32,000 nt of DNA, from the NCBI GenBank assembly GCA_017527825.1, contig JAFXPO010000040.1, positions 19,952 through 51,951 of the forward strand, read 5' to 3'. This document shows, in pieces, positions 1-9,068 of this stretch. A model generated the notes under the pieces. It was not told the origin of the DNA. It worked only from the letters and a program-made list of their open reading frames with translations, and ran no database searches. The translations under genes were made by a program, and so were the position numbers. Source of the stretch: Oscillospiraceae bacterium (GTDB lineage Bacteria; Bacillota; Clostridia; Oscillospirales; Oscillospiraceae). Positions within the stretch are counted from its first letter, which is position 1; each line of letters opens with the position of its first letter.

Positions 1-224
1 GGCACTCCCGTCCAAGCGGGCGCCTTGTCGTTGGCGTCGACGTAATACCAGCCGAAGGTCGGGGTATAGTCCATGACGCGGGAACCGGCAAAAAGGCACT
101 GGCTGGCAAAATTGGTGCAGTCGCCGCCCAGCAGCTCGTAGTCGTAGAAGTGCGGATTTCTGGCGAATGCCCAGCGATGGGCGTAGCGCACCGCCGCGGC
201 GCGGTCATAGGGATACAGTTCCAT
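1..224 (-). CDS. putative amidase-domain protein, N-terminal 74 codons only (gene runs off the left edge)
   Basis: It is absent from the ORF track because it is open at the window edge. The reverse-strand ATG is at 224-222, with GGAGGA (complement of 231-236) 6 nt upstream. Translation: MELYPYDRAAAVRYAHRWAFARNPHFYDYELLGGDCTNFASQCLFAGSRVMDYTPTFGWYYVD. The GGDCTNF-SQC pattern is what I remember for the 'putative amidase domain' family; this is from memory and was not searched. Confidence 0.55.
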   Translation of the reverse strand, partial: MELYPYDRAAAVRYAHRWAFARNPHFYDYELLGGDCTNFASQCLFAGSRVMDYTPTFGWYYVDANDKAPAWTGV

Positions 225-278
225 GAAGCGTCCTCCTTTTCTTCCAACTCTATGGCGCGGCGAGGCGGGATATGCCGC

Positions 279-307
279 TTGACAAAGCGCCGCGTCAAGC
301 TTAGACT
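279..307 (+). promoter_or_regulatory. sigma-A type promoter for the 339-662 gene
   Basis: TTGACA (279-284), a 17-nt spacer, then TAGACT (302-307), about 30 nt upstream of the ATG at 339. The -35 lies inside an inverted repeat, GCTTGAC-N10-GTCAAGC. Confidence 0.4.
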
Positions 308-338
308 GGGGACAACGACAGAAAAGGAGTGTGCGCCT

Positions 339-662
339 ATGAAAAAGGGAATCGTTTTTGCCCTGCTCGCCACCCTTGCCGCCGGAGCTGCCGCGGCGCT
401 GTGGCTGCAAAATCGCCCGGATGGAGAGAGGGAAGCCCCTGAGGGCGACCCGGAGATCAGCGCGGACAATACTGTCTCGACCCACCTCAAAAGCAAGTAT
501 GTCGACTACAGCGCCGGCGGGGAGCATCCCCGCTATCTGTTGGAACTGGAGACGCCGGACGGCGTCAAGGAGATCGCTGTGACGGCGGAACAGTATGAGG
601 ACTGCTACATCGGCGACGAGGTGCTGTGTGTCGTGAGCGGTGGGAGATATTGCCCCATCTGA
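339..662 (+). CDS. small membrane-anchored protein of unknown function (107 aa)
   Basis: ATG at 339 is preceded by AAAAGGAG (322-329). The N-terminal hydrophobic helix is IVFALLATLAAGAAAALWL. The ORF-track start at 150 would overlap the divergent gene and the promoter, so I use the internal Met. Confidence 0.6.
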   Translation: MKKGIVFALLATLAAGAAAALWLQNRPDGEREAPEGDPEISADNTVSTHLKSKYVDYSAGGEHPRYLLELETPDGVKEIAVTAEQYEDCYIGDEVLCVVSGGRYCPI

Positions 663-673
663 AGCAACCTGCA

Positions 674-711
674 TAAAAAAACTCCCGAAACGATCGTTTC
701 GGGAGCTTTTT
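674..711. terminator. bidirectional intrinsic terminator between convergent genes
   Basis: An A-tract, the stem CTCCCGAAACG / CGTTTCGGGAG (682-692 / 695-705), then a T-tract. It sits between the stops at 662 (+) and 722 (-). Confidence 0.8.
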
Positions 712-721
712 GCCGGATGAA

Positions 722-994
722 TCAGTTCAGAGCGTCCTTGAGCGCCTTGCCAGCCTTGAACGCGGGAGCCTTGGAAGCCGTAATCTGAACGGGCTCCTTG
801 GTCTGCGGGTTGATGCCGGTACGCGCAGCACGGGTCTTGACCTCAAACGTGCCAAAGCCAACGAGCTGGACCTTGTCGCCATCCTTGAGCGCATCCTCAA
901 CGGAGGTGAGGAACGCGGTGAGAGCCGCCTCAGAATCCTTCTTGGTCAGACCGCTCTTCTCAGCCATGGCGGCAATCAGTTCTGTTTTGTTCAT
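722..994 (-). CDS. hup: HU family DNA-binding protein
   Basis: 90 aa. [25 protein letters not shown]...[22 protein letters not shown]...[11 protein letters not shown] is a textbook HU/IHF sequence with the beta-arm RxGRNPxT motif. RBS GGAGGAAA is upstream. Confidence 0.95.
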   Translation of the reverse strand: MNKTELIAAMAEKSGLTKKDSEAALTAFLTSVEDALKDGDKVQLVGFGTFEVKTRAARTGINPQTKEPVQITASKAPAFKAGKALKDALN

Positions 995-1053
995 CTTTTG
1001 TTTCCTCCAAAAAATAAAATGATGTCATAAGGTTGTTACACAGTACAGAGGGC

Positions 1054-1082
1054 ATTATGGCGAATTTGAACAGTATTGTCAA
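1054..1082 (-). promoter_or_regulatory. sigma-A type promoter for hup
   Basis: On the reverse strand: TTGACA (1082-1077), a 17-nt spacer, CATAAT (1059-1054). Confidence 0.55.
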
Positions 1083-1213
1083 GGGTATTTCCGCAAAAAA
1101 ATCATTTTTTTATAAGAGGACACAGAGAAGCGCGGTTTTTGGGGGATTCTGGTCGCTTTGAACAAAAGGGGGAGAAACTGCCTGAGAATGCGCGGCGACA
1201 TCCAGAAAATGCA

Positions 1214-1243
1214 TTGAATATCCCAATGGAAAAGTGCTATAAT
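1214..1243 (+). promoter_or_regulatory. sigma-A type promoter (extended -10) for the 1275 gene
   Basis: TTGAAT (1214-1219), an 18-nt spacer, TGcTATAAT (1235-1243). The ATG is 32 nt downstream. Confidence 0.5.
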
Positions 1244-1274
1244 CAACGAAATAAACGGCAGGAAGAGGGACGGT

Positions 1275-2402
1275 ATGAACCAGAAGGAAATCAACGAACT
1301 GCGCCGCCGGTTTCGGGCGGACAAGAGCAATATCAGCCGTATCTACGGCTGCTTCGTCAATACCAACAAGGAGATCGTCGCCTACATCGATTCCTCCCTT
1401 GGCATGCTCAAGGAGGAGGAGCAGGAGATATACCTCGGCAGGCTGAAAAAGTGCCTGAGCGGGGGACAGGGGCGAAACCTCATGGACATTGCGTTCTCCA
1501 CAGCGCAGGTGGTGGACAGCGAGGAGCACCGCCTGCTGAGCAAGCTGCGCAGCACCCAGTGCGCGGACGCGGACGCGCGGGAAGCGCTGTACCGCAGGGT
1601 TATTGACGCGCTGGACATGGAGCAGAGCAACTACGTCATCCTGCTTGCCTCGGACAGCTACGACGTACCCTACCGCGGCACGGATGACGTGGAGCAGGCG
1701 GACGCCTCGGCAGACGTGTTCACTTATTTTGTCTGCGCGGTCTGTCCTGTCAAGGACGCTACCGCCGACCTGCGTTTTTACTACGACGTGAGCGAGTTTC
1801 ACATCGCGTCCTCCGGTCCGCTGCTGGGCAATACGGCGCTGGGGTTCCTGTTCCCGGCGTTTGACGACCGCAGCGCGAACATCTATAACGCGCTTTACTA
1901 TATCCAAAAGCCGGAACTTCTGCATCAGGAGTTCATCGACGCTGTGTTCCGCACCGAGGCGCCAATGTCCGCCCCGGAGCAGCGCAACGCCTTTCACACG
2001 GCGCTTGCCGACGCGCTGGATGCCGAGTGCAGCTACGGCGTGGTGCAGAGCGTCCACGAGCAGCTCCGCGAGCGCGTGGAGCTGCACAAGGCGGAGAAAA
2101 ACCCGGAGCTGCTGAGTTTGGAGCCACGGGAGGTGGAGAACATTCTGCGCCAGGGCGGGGTATCTGAACCTCGCGTGGAGGCGTTCCGCAAGGCGGTGGA
2201 GGAGTCCTTCGGCGAGGATGCCGCGCTCCAGCCGGGGAATCTGGTGGACAAAAAGTTCGAGATCGTCACGCCAAACGTGAAGATCACCATGCCGCCGGAA
2301 TACAGCGAAATGGTGGAGACCCGTGTGATCGACGGGCGCAAGTACCTCCTGATCCCCGCCGGGGACGGGTTGGAGGTCAACGGCATTTCGATTCAGTTCT
2401 AA
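1275..2402 (+). CDS. conserved hypothetical protein (I recall this type as DUF4317-like; unverified)
   Basis: A 375-aa ORF with RBS GAGGGA and a clean start. I see no catalytic motif. The long antisense ORFs in this region are GC-driven shadows. Confidence 0.7.
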   Translation: MNQKEINELRRRFRADKSNISRIYGCFVNTNKEIVAYIDSSLGMLKEEEQEIYLGRLKKCLSGGQGRNLMDIAFSTAQVVDSEEHRLLSKLRSTQCADADAREALYRRVIDALDMEQSNYVILLASDSYDVPYRGTDDVEQADASADVFTYFVCAVCPVKDATADLRFYYDVSEFHIASSGPLLGNTALGFLFPAFDDRSANIYNALYYIQKPELLHQEFIDAVFRTEAPMSAPEQRNAFHTALADALDAECSYGVVQSVHEQLRERVELHKAEKNPELLSLEPREVENILRQGGVSEPRVEAFRKAVEESFGEDAALQPGNLVDKKFEIVTPNVKITMPPEYSEMVETRVIDGRKYLLIPAGDGLEVNGISIQF

Positions 2403-2515
2403 GGAGCGCCGCAGACTTTTCCCTGTGTCCGCCGGTTGCGCTTCTCACACGGCTTGCGTCGCGGGCGGAATACCGATCGAATGCTCCAGAGAACAACAGA
2501 ACGGGGGACGGAATC

Positions 2516-4663
2516 ATGTCAGAGCTTTTACTCAACGAAGCGCAGCGCCGTGCCGTTACCACAACAGAGGGCTATGTGCGCGTGATCGCGGGCGCGGGTT
2601 CGGGCAAGACCCGCGCGCTGTCCCACCGCTTTGCGTATCTGGTCAACGAGCTGGGCATCCTGCCCGGCAACATCCTCTGTGTGACGTTCACCAACAAGGC
2701 GGCAAACGAGATGCGTCAGCGCATTCACAACCTCACCGGCGACAACGACACCGGCTATATTTCCACATTTCACGGCTTTTGCGTGTCCGTTTTGCAGGAG
2801 GACAGCAACGCCGTTCACTATCCGAAGAGCTTTCTGGTTCTCGACAATGCCGACATCGACGACATGCTCAAGCTCATCTACGCCGAGCGCGGTCTGTCCC
2901 TGCGGGACATGACCTTTTCCCGCGCACGGGACATGATCGAGATGCAGAAGTGCGTCAAGCGACCGGAATACTATCTTGACATGATCACCATGTCGCTCGA
3001 TACGCTGCACGACAAGTATCTTGCCGCGGACACCGCGGAGGATATTATCTTCTACGGTTATCTTTATCAGGAGAAGAAGTGCTTCGGGCTGGACTACAAC
3101 GACCTCATCAAGTTCTCGCTCTATATTTTTGAGCAGAACGAGGAGATCAAGCTCAAGTGGCAAAAGCGGCTCGAATACATTATGATCGATGAATTTCAGG
3201 ACATTGACGAGCTGCAATACAAGCTCATGGAGGCGCTGTGCGGCTACCACAACAACCTGTTCATCGTCGGTGACCCCGATCAGACCATCTACACCTGGCG
3301 CGGCGCGAACGTCAAGTATCTGATGGAGTTCGACCATCGCTTTCCCAAGGTCGAGACCATTCTGATGACGCAGAACTACCGCTCCACGCCTCAGATTCTC
3401 GCGGCGGTCAATTCCCTGATCAGTCGCAACCGCTTTCGCATCAAAAAGGAGCTGCTGCCCACGCTGCCGGACGGGGAGACCGTCCTCTGCCACCACGCCG
3501 ATACCGCGCAGGCGGAGGCGGAGTGGATCGCGTCGGAGATCGCGCGTCTGCGCGAGAACGGCGTGCCGTATCGGGATGTGACGGTGCTCTACCGCGCGCA
3601 CTACATCACGCGGAACATCGAGGACGTGTTTCTGCGGGAGAAAATTCCCTATCATATCTACAGCGGCATACCGTTTTTCGCCCGCGCGGAGATCAAGGAC
3701 GCGCTGAGCTATCTTCGCATGATCGCCTATCGGGACGACCTGTCCTTCCGGCGCGTCGCCAACGTGCCCAAGCGCAACCTCGGCGAGCGGCGCATGAAGT
3801 TTTTGGAGGAATACGCCGCGGCGCACGAGTGCTCGCTCTACGACGCGCTGCGTGCCTCGGCGGACGAGGAGCTTTTCAAGGGCACCAGGGCAAACCGGTT
3901 CATTCGTCTGGTAGAGCGCTTTTCCGCCGATTATGCCGAACGCCCGATCTCAGAGCTGCTCTCCGATCTTTTGGACAAGAGCGGCTATGAAACCATGCTG
4001 CGCACCGAGGGCAGTCAGGAGCGGCTGGACAACCTCGCGGAGCTCAAGCAGTCCGTGTTCGATTACGAGACCACCTGCGGCGAGGAGGCAATGCTGGAGC
4101 ACTATCTCGCCCACGTCGCGCTCTTCACCAACAGCGATCTGGAGGAGACCGGCGACCGCGTTAAGCTGATGACCGTCCACGCCGCGAAGGGGTTGGAGTT
4201 CCCCTATGTGTTCCTCTGCGCCATGAATGAGGGGGTGTTCCCGTCGAAAAAGACCGACTCGCTGGAGAAGATGGAGGAGGAGCGCCGCCTTGCCTTTGTC
4301 GCCATGACCCGCGCGGAGCGGGGACTGTACCTCAGCGACGCCGAGGGCTGGAATCTGGACGGTTCGCCGCGCTATCCCTCCCGTTTTGTGCTGGACATTG
4401 ACCCCGCCCTGCTGCGCTATGACCAGCCGCCGCGGGACACATTGATCCGTGACGCGCGGGAGTACATCGAAGCCAGCGAGCGCTATCTCCCGGAGTCGCG
4501 GGAATCGAACGCGCTGCGCGTCGGGCAGCGTGTGACCCACGCGGTGTTCGGCGGCGGCACGGTGGTGGACGTGGACGCCGACCGGGGCGCGCACATCGTG
4601 CAGTTCGACGACATGCCGACGCCCCGCGCGATCTCGTTCCGGGCAAAGCTGACTCTCTTATAA
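2516..4663 (+). CDS. UvrD/PcrA-family ATP-dependent DNA helicase
   Basis: Walker A AGAGSGKTRAL; DEFQD box (MIDEFQDIDE); VGDPDQTIYTWRGA; QNYRS; TVHAAKGLEF; VAMTRAE. The C-terminal GQRVTHAVFGGGTVVDV is a Tudor-like tail typical of UvrD/PcrA. Confidence 0.9.
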   Translation: MSELLLNEAQRRAVTTTEGYVRVIAGAGSGKTRALSHRFAYLVNELGILPGNILCVTFTNKAANEMRQRIHNLTGDNDTGYISTFHGFCVSVLQEDSNAVHYPKSFLVLDNADIDDMLKLIYAERGLSLRDMTFSRARDMIEMQKCVKRPEYYLDMITMSLDTLHDKYLAADTAEDIIFYGYLYQEKKCFGLDYNDLIKFSLYIFEQNEEIKLKWQKRLEYIMIDEFQDIDELQYKLMEALCGYHNNLFIVGDPDQTIYTWRGANVKYLMEFDHRFPKVETILMTQNYRSTPQILAAVNSLISRNRFRIKKELLPTLPDGETVLCHHADTAQAEAEWIASEIARLRENGVPYRDVTVLYRAHYITRNIEDVFLREKIPYHIYSGIPFFARAEIKDALSYLRMIAYRDDLSFRRVANVPKRNLGERRMKFLEEYAAAHECSLYDALRASADEELFKGTRANRFIRLVERFSADYAERPISELLSDLLDKSGYETMLRTEGSQERLDNLAELKQSVFDYETTCGEEAMLEHYLAHVALFTNSDLEETGDRVKLMTVHAAKGLEFPYVFLCAMNEGVFPSKKTDSLEKMEEERRLAFVAMTRAERGLYLSDAEGWNLDGSPRYPSRFVLDIDPALLRYDQPPRDTLIRDAREYIEASERYLPESRESNALRVGQRVTHAVFGGGTVVDVDADRGAHIVQFDDMPTPRAISFRAKLTLL

Positions 4664-4666
4664 AAC

Positions 4667-4704
4667 AATCAGGTGCGCCGTCCGGCAGGACGGCGCACCT
4701 GATT
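4667..4704. terminator. bidirectional hairpin terminator between convergent genes
   Basis: A 17-bp perfect stem AATCAGGTGCGCCGTCC / GGACGGCGCACCTGATT with loop GGCA. It lies between the stop at 4663 (+) and the stop at 4705 (-). Confidence 0.7.
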
Positions 4705-5643
4705 CTATTCTTGCCGGCTGCGCATCAGCGCGCCGATCTGCGCGATTGCCTCCTCGTAAAAATCCCGGAAGCCGAGGCTGCGTTGAAGCGGCGTGCCGCC
4801 GGCGCGGGTCTTGCCGCAGTGCAGCACCTCGACGCCCAGCACCTTCAAAAGCTCCTCCTTCTCGTTGATGCCGTCGCCGGACAGCACCTCCGGCGCGAAG
4901 AACCACGTCCTGCCCGTGTCCGCCCGCTCCCGCTTCTTGCGGTTCAGCAGCCACCACAGGTCGAACTCCGACACGTCAAAGCCAAAGCCCAGCACATACA
5001 CGTCGCCGAAGAGAAACGCGTCCGCCCAGCTTCGGATGATGGGAACCTCGCCGCGCTCCTGCTCCCGTTTCCAGCGCGCGCCCTCGGCGCGGACATAGGA
5101 GGTGATCTTTTCCAGCAGGTTCGCGTAATAGTAATGTCCGAGGATCATGCTGTCCGGCTTGCGACCCTCGCCATGGACGTGCCAGACGGGGATTTCCCGA
5201 CCGCGCCAGCTCACCTGATTGTAGGTGTAAAACAGGTACTTCGCTTCGGCGTGGCGGCAGCCGTCGGTGTGGCGGAGCATCTGGCGCAGCTGGGGATCGT
5301 GGATCGCGCAGTCCGGCTGCGCCGCCGCTTCCAGCTCATAGCTGAAGTTGGTGGTGAGGATGTGGTCGAAGCCCATGTCCAACAGCGTCCGCAGCATGTC
5401 TGTGTGTCCGGGGTCGCCCAGCTTGCCGTAGAGGATATCGCCAGCCTTGCGCAGCTGCGCGCCCACGGTGTCTCCGGTGACAAGAATCGCCCGCAGCGGC
5501 ATTGGCAGATGCAGTGTGCAGTCCTCCGGCAGCGACGCGTTGCAGGTGATGTCCCGGATCAATTGCCCCCAGGAGCCGCCGCCGAAGGCGCGGTTGACGC
5601 CGTTGCCCAGCAGCAGCACCTGCGGGCGCTTCTGTTCAGCCAT
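4705..5643 (-). CDS. SIR2-like (SIR2_2 / AbiH-type) domain protein
   Basis: 312 aa. The ordered motifs are LLLGNGVNRAFGGGSWGQLI (a GxG nucleotide-binding start), ILTTNFSYELE (like TTNYD), VWHVHGE (the conserved HG), and VYVLGFGFDVSEFDLWWLL (like GYSxxDxxI). This order is what I remember for the SIR2_2 and AbiH families. It was not searched. Confidence 0.65.
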   Translation of the reverse strand: MAEQKRPQVLLLGNGVNRAFGGGSWGQLIRDITCNASLPEDCTLHLPMPLRAILVTGDTVGAQLRKAGDILYGKLGDPGHTDMLRTLLDMGFDHILTTNFSYELEAAAQPDCAIHDPQLRQMLRHTDGCRHAEAKYLFYTYNQVSWRGREIPVWHVHGEGRKPDSMILGHYYYANLLEKITSYVRAEGARWKREQERGEVPIIRSWADAFLFGDVYVLGFGFDVSEFDLWWLLNRKKRERADTGRTWFFAPEVLSGDGINEKEELLKVLGVEVLHCGKTRAGGTPLQRSLGFRDFYEEAIAQIGALMRSRQE

Positions 5644-5665
5644 TCCGTCTCACCCTTTCTATGTT

Positions 5666-7717
5666 TTACCGTTTCTGCGCGCGCCACGCGGGGACGGTAT
5701 TTTTTCTCTCCCGATGGTAGCACGCGTCGCACAGCCGTCCGCGGTGATGCCGCAGCAAGGGCTTGCCGCAGCGGTCGCAGAAGCGGATGTTGTTTTGCAG
5801 ACGATAGACCAATATCTCGTTGATTTCCTCTGCCACGCGCTCGCGGGTGTCGTAGAGCCTGTCCGCGTCCACGGGGCAGCCGAACGCCTTGGCGAAGGAA
5901 AAGTATAAATCCAGCTTGCGGTAGTACTGCTCCAGCTCCGGCAGCGTCTCGCTCTCACCGAGACCGGGCTGCTCGATGTTTTCTCCCTGCGTCCAGCGGC
6001 GCAGGAACGTGAAGAACAGTTCCTCCAGCGCGTCCTCGGTCTCGTCGAAGGGGATGTTCGCTGCCCGCAGCTCCTGTTCCTTGGTGAGCTGGAAGCCCTT
6101 TTCTCGCATCTTGGAGATGAGGGAGAGGTACCGCGTGATGTCCAGCTTGCGGTACGGCTCCACGGCGGGCAGCCTGCTCCACTCCGTCAGCACCTCCAGC
6201 AGATCGAAGTCCACCTGTAATACGAGGTCGGAAAAGCCCTGCACCGCGTATTGCAGCGGCGGCACGACGGTCTCCAGCCCCGCCCGGATCGCGCCGAGGT
6301 TCTCCATCGCACCGACAAAGCCCTTGGCATACATGCCGAAGCGCCCCGCACGTCCCGCGATTTGCTGGATTTCCTCCGGCTTCAGCTCCCGGCGCTCCAC
6401 GCCGTCAAATTTCTCCGTCTCCATGAACAGGACCCGGCGGATGGGCAGGTTTAAGCCCATGCCGATGGCGTCGGTGGCGACGACGTATTCCGTGCGCCCG
6501 TCGAGAAAGCCGTCCATTTGACGGCGGCGCGTGGCGTAGGGCAGCGCGCCGTAGATGATGGCAGGCTCCTTTCCTGATTGCCGCAAGTCCTCCGCGGCGC
6601 TGAGCACACCTACCTTGGAAAACGAGATCAGCGCATCGCCGGGCTGGACGTGGTCAAAGTCCACCGTGTGTGACATGCAGATGAGCGGCGTCTGACGCTT
6701 GTGAAGCTCCACCTCATAGCTGTCCCCGCAGCTCTCAATCAGGCGGATGAGCAGCTGCTTTGCCTGCGGCGCGGCGCAGAGATGCACCTCAGGAGCGAGG
6801 ACGCCGAGGATCGCCCGCGTCCACGCGTAGCCGCGCTCCCGGTCGGCGATCATCTGGCATTCGTCGATGACCGCCACGTCGTAATGCGCCTTCAGGTCCA
6901 GCTTCTCCGCTGTGGCGGCAACGTGGGTGTCGTCCTCGCGGATGTCCTCCTCCTCGCCGGTGGTGAGACTGCAATCCACGCCCGCGTCCAGCAGCGTCTC
7001 CTGCGCTTCCAGCGCCAGCAGGCGCAGCGGCGCGAGATATACGCCCGTGGACGCGGTTTTGAGCCGCTGAAAGCCCGCGTAGGTCTTGCCGGTGTTCGTG
7101 CCGCCCAAATGAAGAATGAAATGCCGGCGCATGGCGCGGGCTTCGGGGTACTCGTCCTTGGGATTCAGCGCCAGCAGCAGCTTCAAGCTGGAACGGATCG
7201 CCTGAGGCACATACCACACCGACCACACACCGCCGAGACCGTCGGTGAGCAGCTGCTGCGCGGGGAAATGCTTCTTTCCGAGCAGTTCGCTCAAGTCCGC
7301 CTCCGGCTGCGCGGCGTGAAAGTCCGCCGCCGCCTGCTCCGCCGCGGCATGGAGCACATAGGGGTAGCGTTCCAGCACATGCCGCGCCGTCAGGTGATCG
7401 GAACTCTCCGCCAGAAAACCGGCAGTGCGGATAAAATTCTTCAGGATTTCCGGCAGGCGTTTACTGTCGCAGCGCTGCTCCAGCGCGAGAAACTCGTTGA
7501 GCCAGCCGGTGATTTGCGCCATGCGCAGGCGCTTTGCACTCTGAATGCTTCGCAGCCGCGCCAGAATGGCACGGTGGTATTGACCTGCCAGCAGCCACGC
7601 CGTCGAGCCGTCCCGCTCCGCGCCTTCCCAAGCCTCGCTCAGCGCCTCCGGCGCACGCGCCGCAGGGGCGTTGGGATTCTGCCTGCGTCCGCGGCGACCC
7701 CGGTCCGGCATCAGCAA
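5666..7717 (-). CDS. SUV3-like SF2 (DExQ) helicase with C-terminal zinc ribbon
   Basis: GGTNTGKTY (Walker A), VIDECQMIADRERGYAWTRAILG (DExQ box), and QIAGRAGR (motif VI). The pattern closely parallels SUV3 (GPTNSGKT / DEIQM / AGRAGR), as recalled. C-terminal RFCDRCG...LCDACY. The ORF-track start is TTG at 7717. An ATG at 7711 overlaps the DJ-1 stop (TGATG), so the true start may be 7711. Confidence 0.85.
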   Translation of the reverse strand: MLMPDRGRRGRRQNPNAPAARAPEALSEAWEGAERDGSTAWLLAGQYHRAILARLRSIQSAKRLRMAQITGWLNEFLALEQRCDSKRLPEILKNFIRTAGFLAESSDHLTARHVLERYPYVLHAAAEQAAADFHAAQPEADLSELLGKKHFPAQQLLTDGLGGVWSVWYVPQAIRSSLKLLLALNPKDEYPEARAMRRHFILHLGGTNTGKTYAGFQRLKTASTGVYLAPLRLLALEAQETLLDAGVDCSLTTGEEEDIREDDTHVAATAEKLDLKAHYDVAVIDECQMIADRERGYAWTRAILGVLAPEVHLCAAPQAKQLLIRLIESCGDSYEVELHKRQTPLICMSHTVDFDHVQPGDALISFSKVGVLSAAEDLRQSGKEPAIIYGALPYATRRRQMDGFLDGRTEYVVATDAIGMGLNLPIRRVLFMETEKFDGVERRELKPEEIQQIAGRAGRFGMYAKGFVGAMENLGAIRAGLETVVPPLQYAVQGFSDLVLQVDFDLLEVLTEWSRLPAVEPYRKLDITRYLSLISKMREKGFQLTKEQELRAANIPFDETEDALEELFFTFLRRWTQGENIEQPGLGESETLPELEQYYRKLDLYFSFAKAFGCPVDADRLYDTRERVAEEINEILVYRLQNNIRFCDRCGKPLLRHHRGRLCDACYHRERKNTVPAWRAQKR

Positions 7718-8259
7718 TAGACAATGGACTTCGCCAGCGCGTCGGCACGCTCCTGGCTGTCCAGATACGCCACCAGCGAGAGCGCGAAGGGGATCGCTGT
7801 ACCCACGCCGCGGCTGGTGATGACGGCGCCGTCCTCCACGACGTGCTCCGTGCTCGCCGCGGCGCCGGTCAGCTTGCCCTCCAGACCCGGATAGCAGGTG
7901 GCGCGCCTGCCTTCCAGCAGTCCCGCCTTCGCCAGCACGGTGGGCGCGGCGCAGATCGCGGCGGTCAGCTTGCCCGCGTCGTGGAACGCGCGCAGCAGCG
8001 CGAGCACGCGGTTGTCGTTTCCGAGGTTCGTCGTACCCGGCTGACCGCCGGGCAGCAGCAGCGCGTCGTAAGCGTCTACAGTCACGTCGGCAAACGCCTT
8101 GTCCGCGCTCACGGTGATGTTGTGGCTGCCTGTGACGGTCGCCGCGCCGTCCAGCGCGACGATGTCGCAGACGATCTCCGCGCGGCGCAGCAGATCGACG
8201 ACGGTCAGCGCCTCGACCTCCTCAAATCCATTGGCAAACAGCATGACGGTTTTCTTCAT
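7711..8259 (-). CDS. DJ-1/PfpI family protein
   Basis: 182 aa. MKKTVMLFANGFEEVEAL..., LLLPGG, and the nucleophile elbow AAICAAP. RBS GAGGAGGAA. Confidence 0.9.
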   Translation of the reverse strand: MKKTVMLFANGFEEVEALTVVDLLRRAEIVCDIVALDGAATVTGSHNITVSADKAFADVTVDAYDALLLPGGQPGTTNLGNDNRVLALLRAFHDAGKLTAAICAAPTVLAKAGLLEGRRATCYPGLEGKLTGAAASTEHVVEDGAVITSRGVGTAIPFALSLVAYLDSQERADALAKSIVYC

Positions 8260-8317
8260 GGTGGTTCCTCCTCTTTGCGTCAGACGGGATGCCGCAGCAC
8301 CCCGTCCGTAGTTTATC

Positions 8318-8803
8318 CTATTTCGTGCCCGGATATCGGACGCGGGTGGTGAAGTAATCCGAGAGGCGCTTGCGCTCCTTTTGCAGCGTGTCGCTCTTTG
8401 CCTCGCCGCGCTTTTCGGCGTCCATCGCCTCGGCTACTACGCGGCAGGCGTCGTTGTATTCCCGCGTCAGCTCCCGGATGCGGGCGCTCATCTGCTGCAT
8501 GATCGCCATGACCAGCGCGGGCTTTTCCTGAAAACAGCTGCCAAACGCTTCCGCAGTGTAAACCTTCACCCGCGTTTCCTCCGTCGCTACCGCCGTGGTC
8601 GTGCGCGGCCGCGCCTCCACCAGCTCCATTTCGCCGAAGTACGCGCCGGGGCAGAGTTCCTTGACCAGAATCTGCTCCTTGGCGCCATAGTTCAAGTAGA
8701 GCGTAACACCGCCGTAGAGGATGTCGTACATGCACATTTCGTACTCGTTTTGGCGGTAAATGATTTCGTTTTTCCGGTAGGTGCGTTCCGGCAGATCTGT
8801 CAT
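8318..8803 (-). CDS. cyclic-nucleotide-binding domain protein (no DNA-binding domain)
   Basis: 161 aa. The cNMP phosphate-binding cassette is FGEMELVEARPRTTTAVA. The C-terminal part is helical and charged rather than a Crp-type HTH. Confidence 0.8.
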   Translation of the reverse strand: MTDLPERTYRKNEIIYRQNEYEMCMYDILYGGVTLYLNYGAKEQILVKELCPGAYFGEMELVEARPRTTTAVATEETRVKVYTAEAFGSCFQEKPALVMAIMQQMSARIRELTREYNDACRVVAEAMDAEKRGEAKSDTLQKERKRLSDYFTTRVRYPGTK

Positions 8804-8833
8804 GGTGCGCCCCCTCCTGATTTTATTTATAAT

Positions 8834-8862
8834 ATTGTATCACAGTCCTTTGCCGCTTTCAA
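8834..8862 (-). promoter_or_regulatory. sigma-A type promoter (extended -10) for the cNMP-binding gene string
   Basis: On the reverse strand: TTGAAA (8862-8857), a 17-nt spacer, TGaTACAAT (-10 at 8839-8834). Confidence 0.5.
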
Positions 8863-9068
8863 TCCCAATCCGACTGTATGAGAGGAAAGGGAAGAACCGG
8901 TTAAAAAACTATTACAAAATGTATATCTGACTTCAAACTTGCAAAATCCTCTTGGGCGCGTGCGCCGCAGTCCAGAAAGCTCAATTGCGCAAAACAGCGA
9001 AAGTCACGGGCGCGGAGAGTTGAAATGATGTTTACATAAAACAAACGATAATGAGAGACTACAAAGAG

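Noticed and set aside
150-338. N-terminal extensions offered by the ORF track, here and at 12324-12614, 14743-14775, 14952-15113, 17651-17701, 23324-23527, 28702-28740, 10829-10909 and 30816-30968.
   Set aside because: Each extension overlaps the upstream gene or a promoter. Each is followed by an internal Met (or TTG) with a good Shine-Dalgarno sequence where the recognisable family sequence begins.
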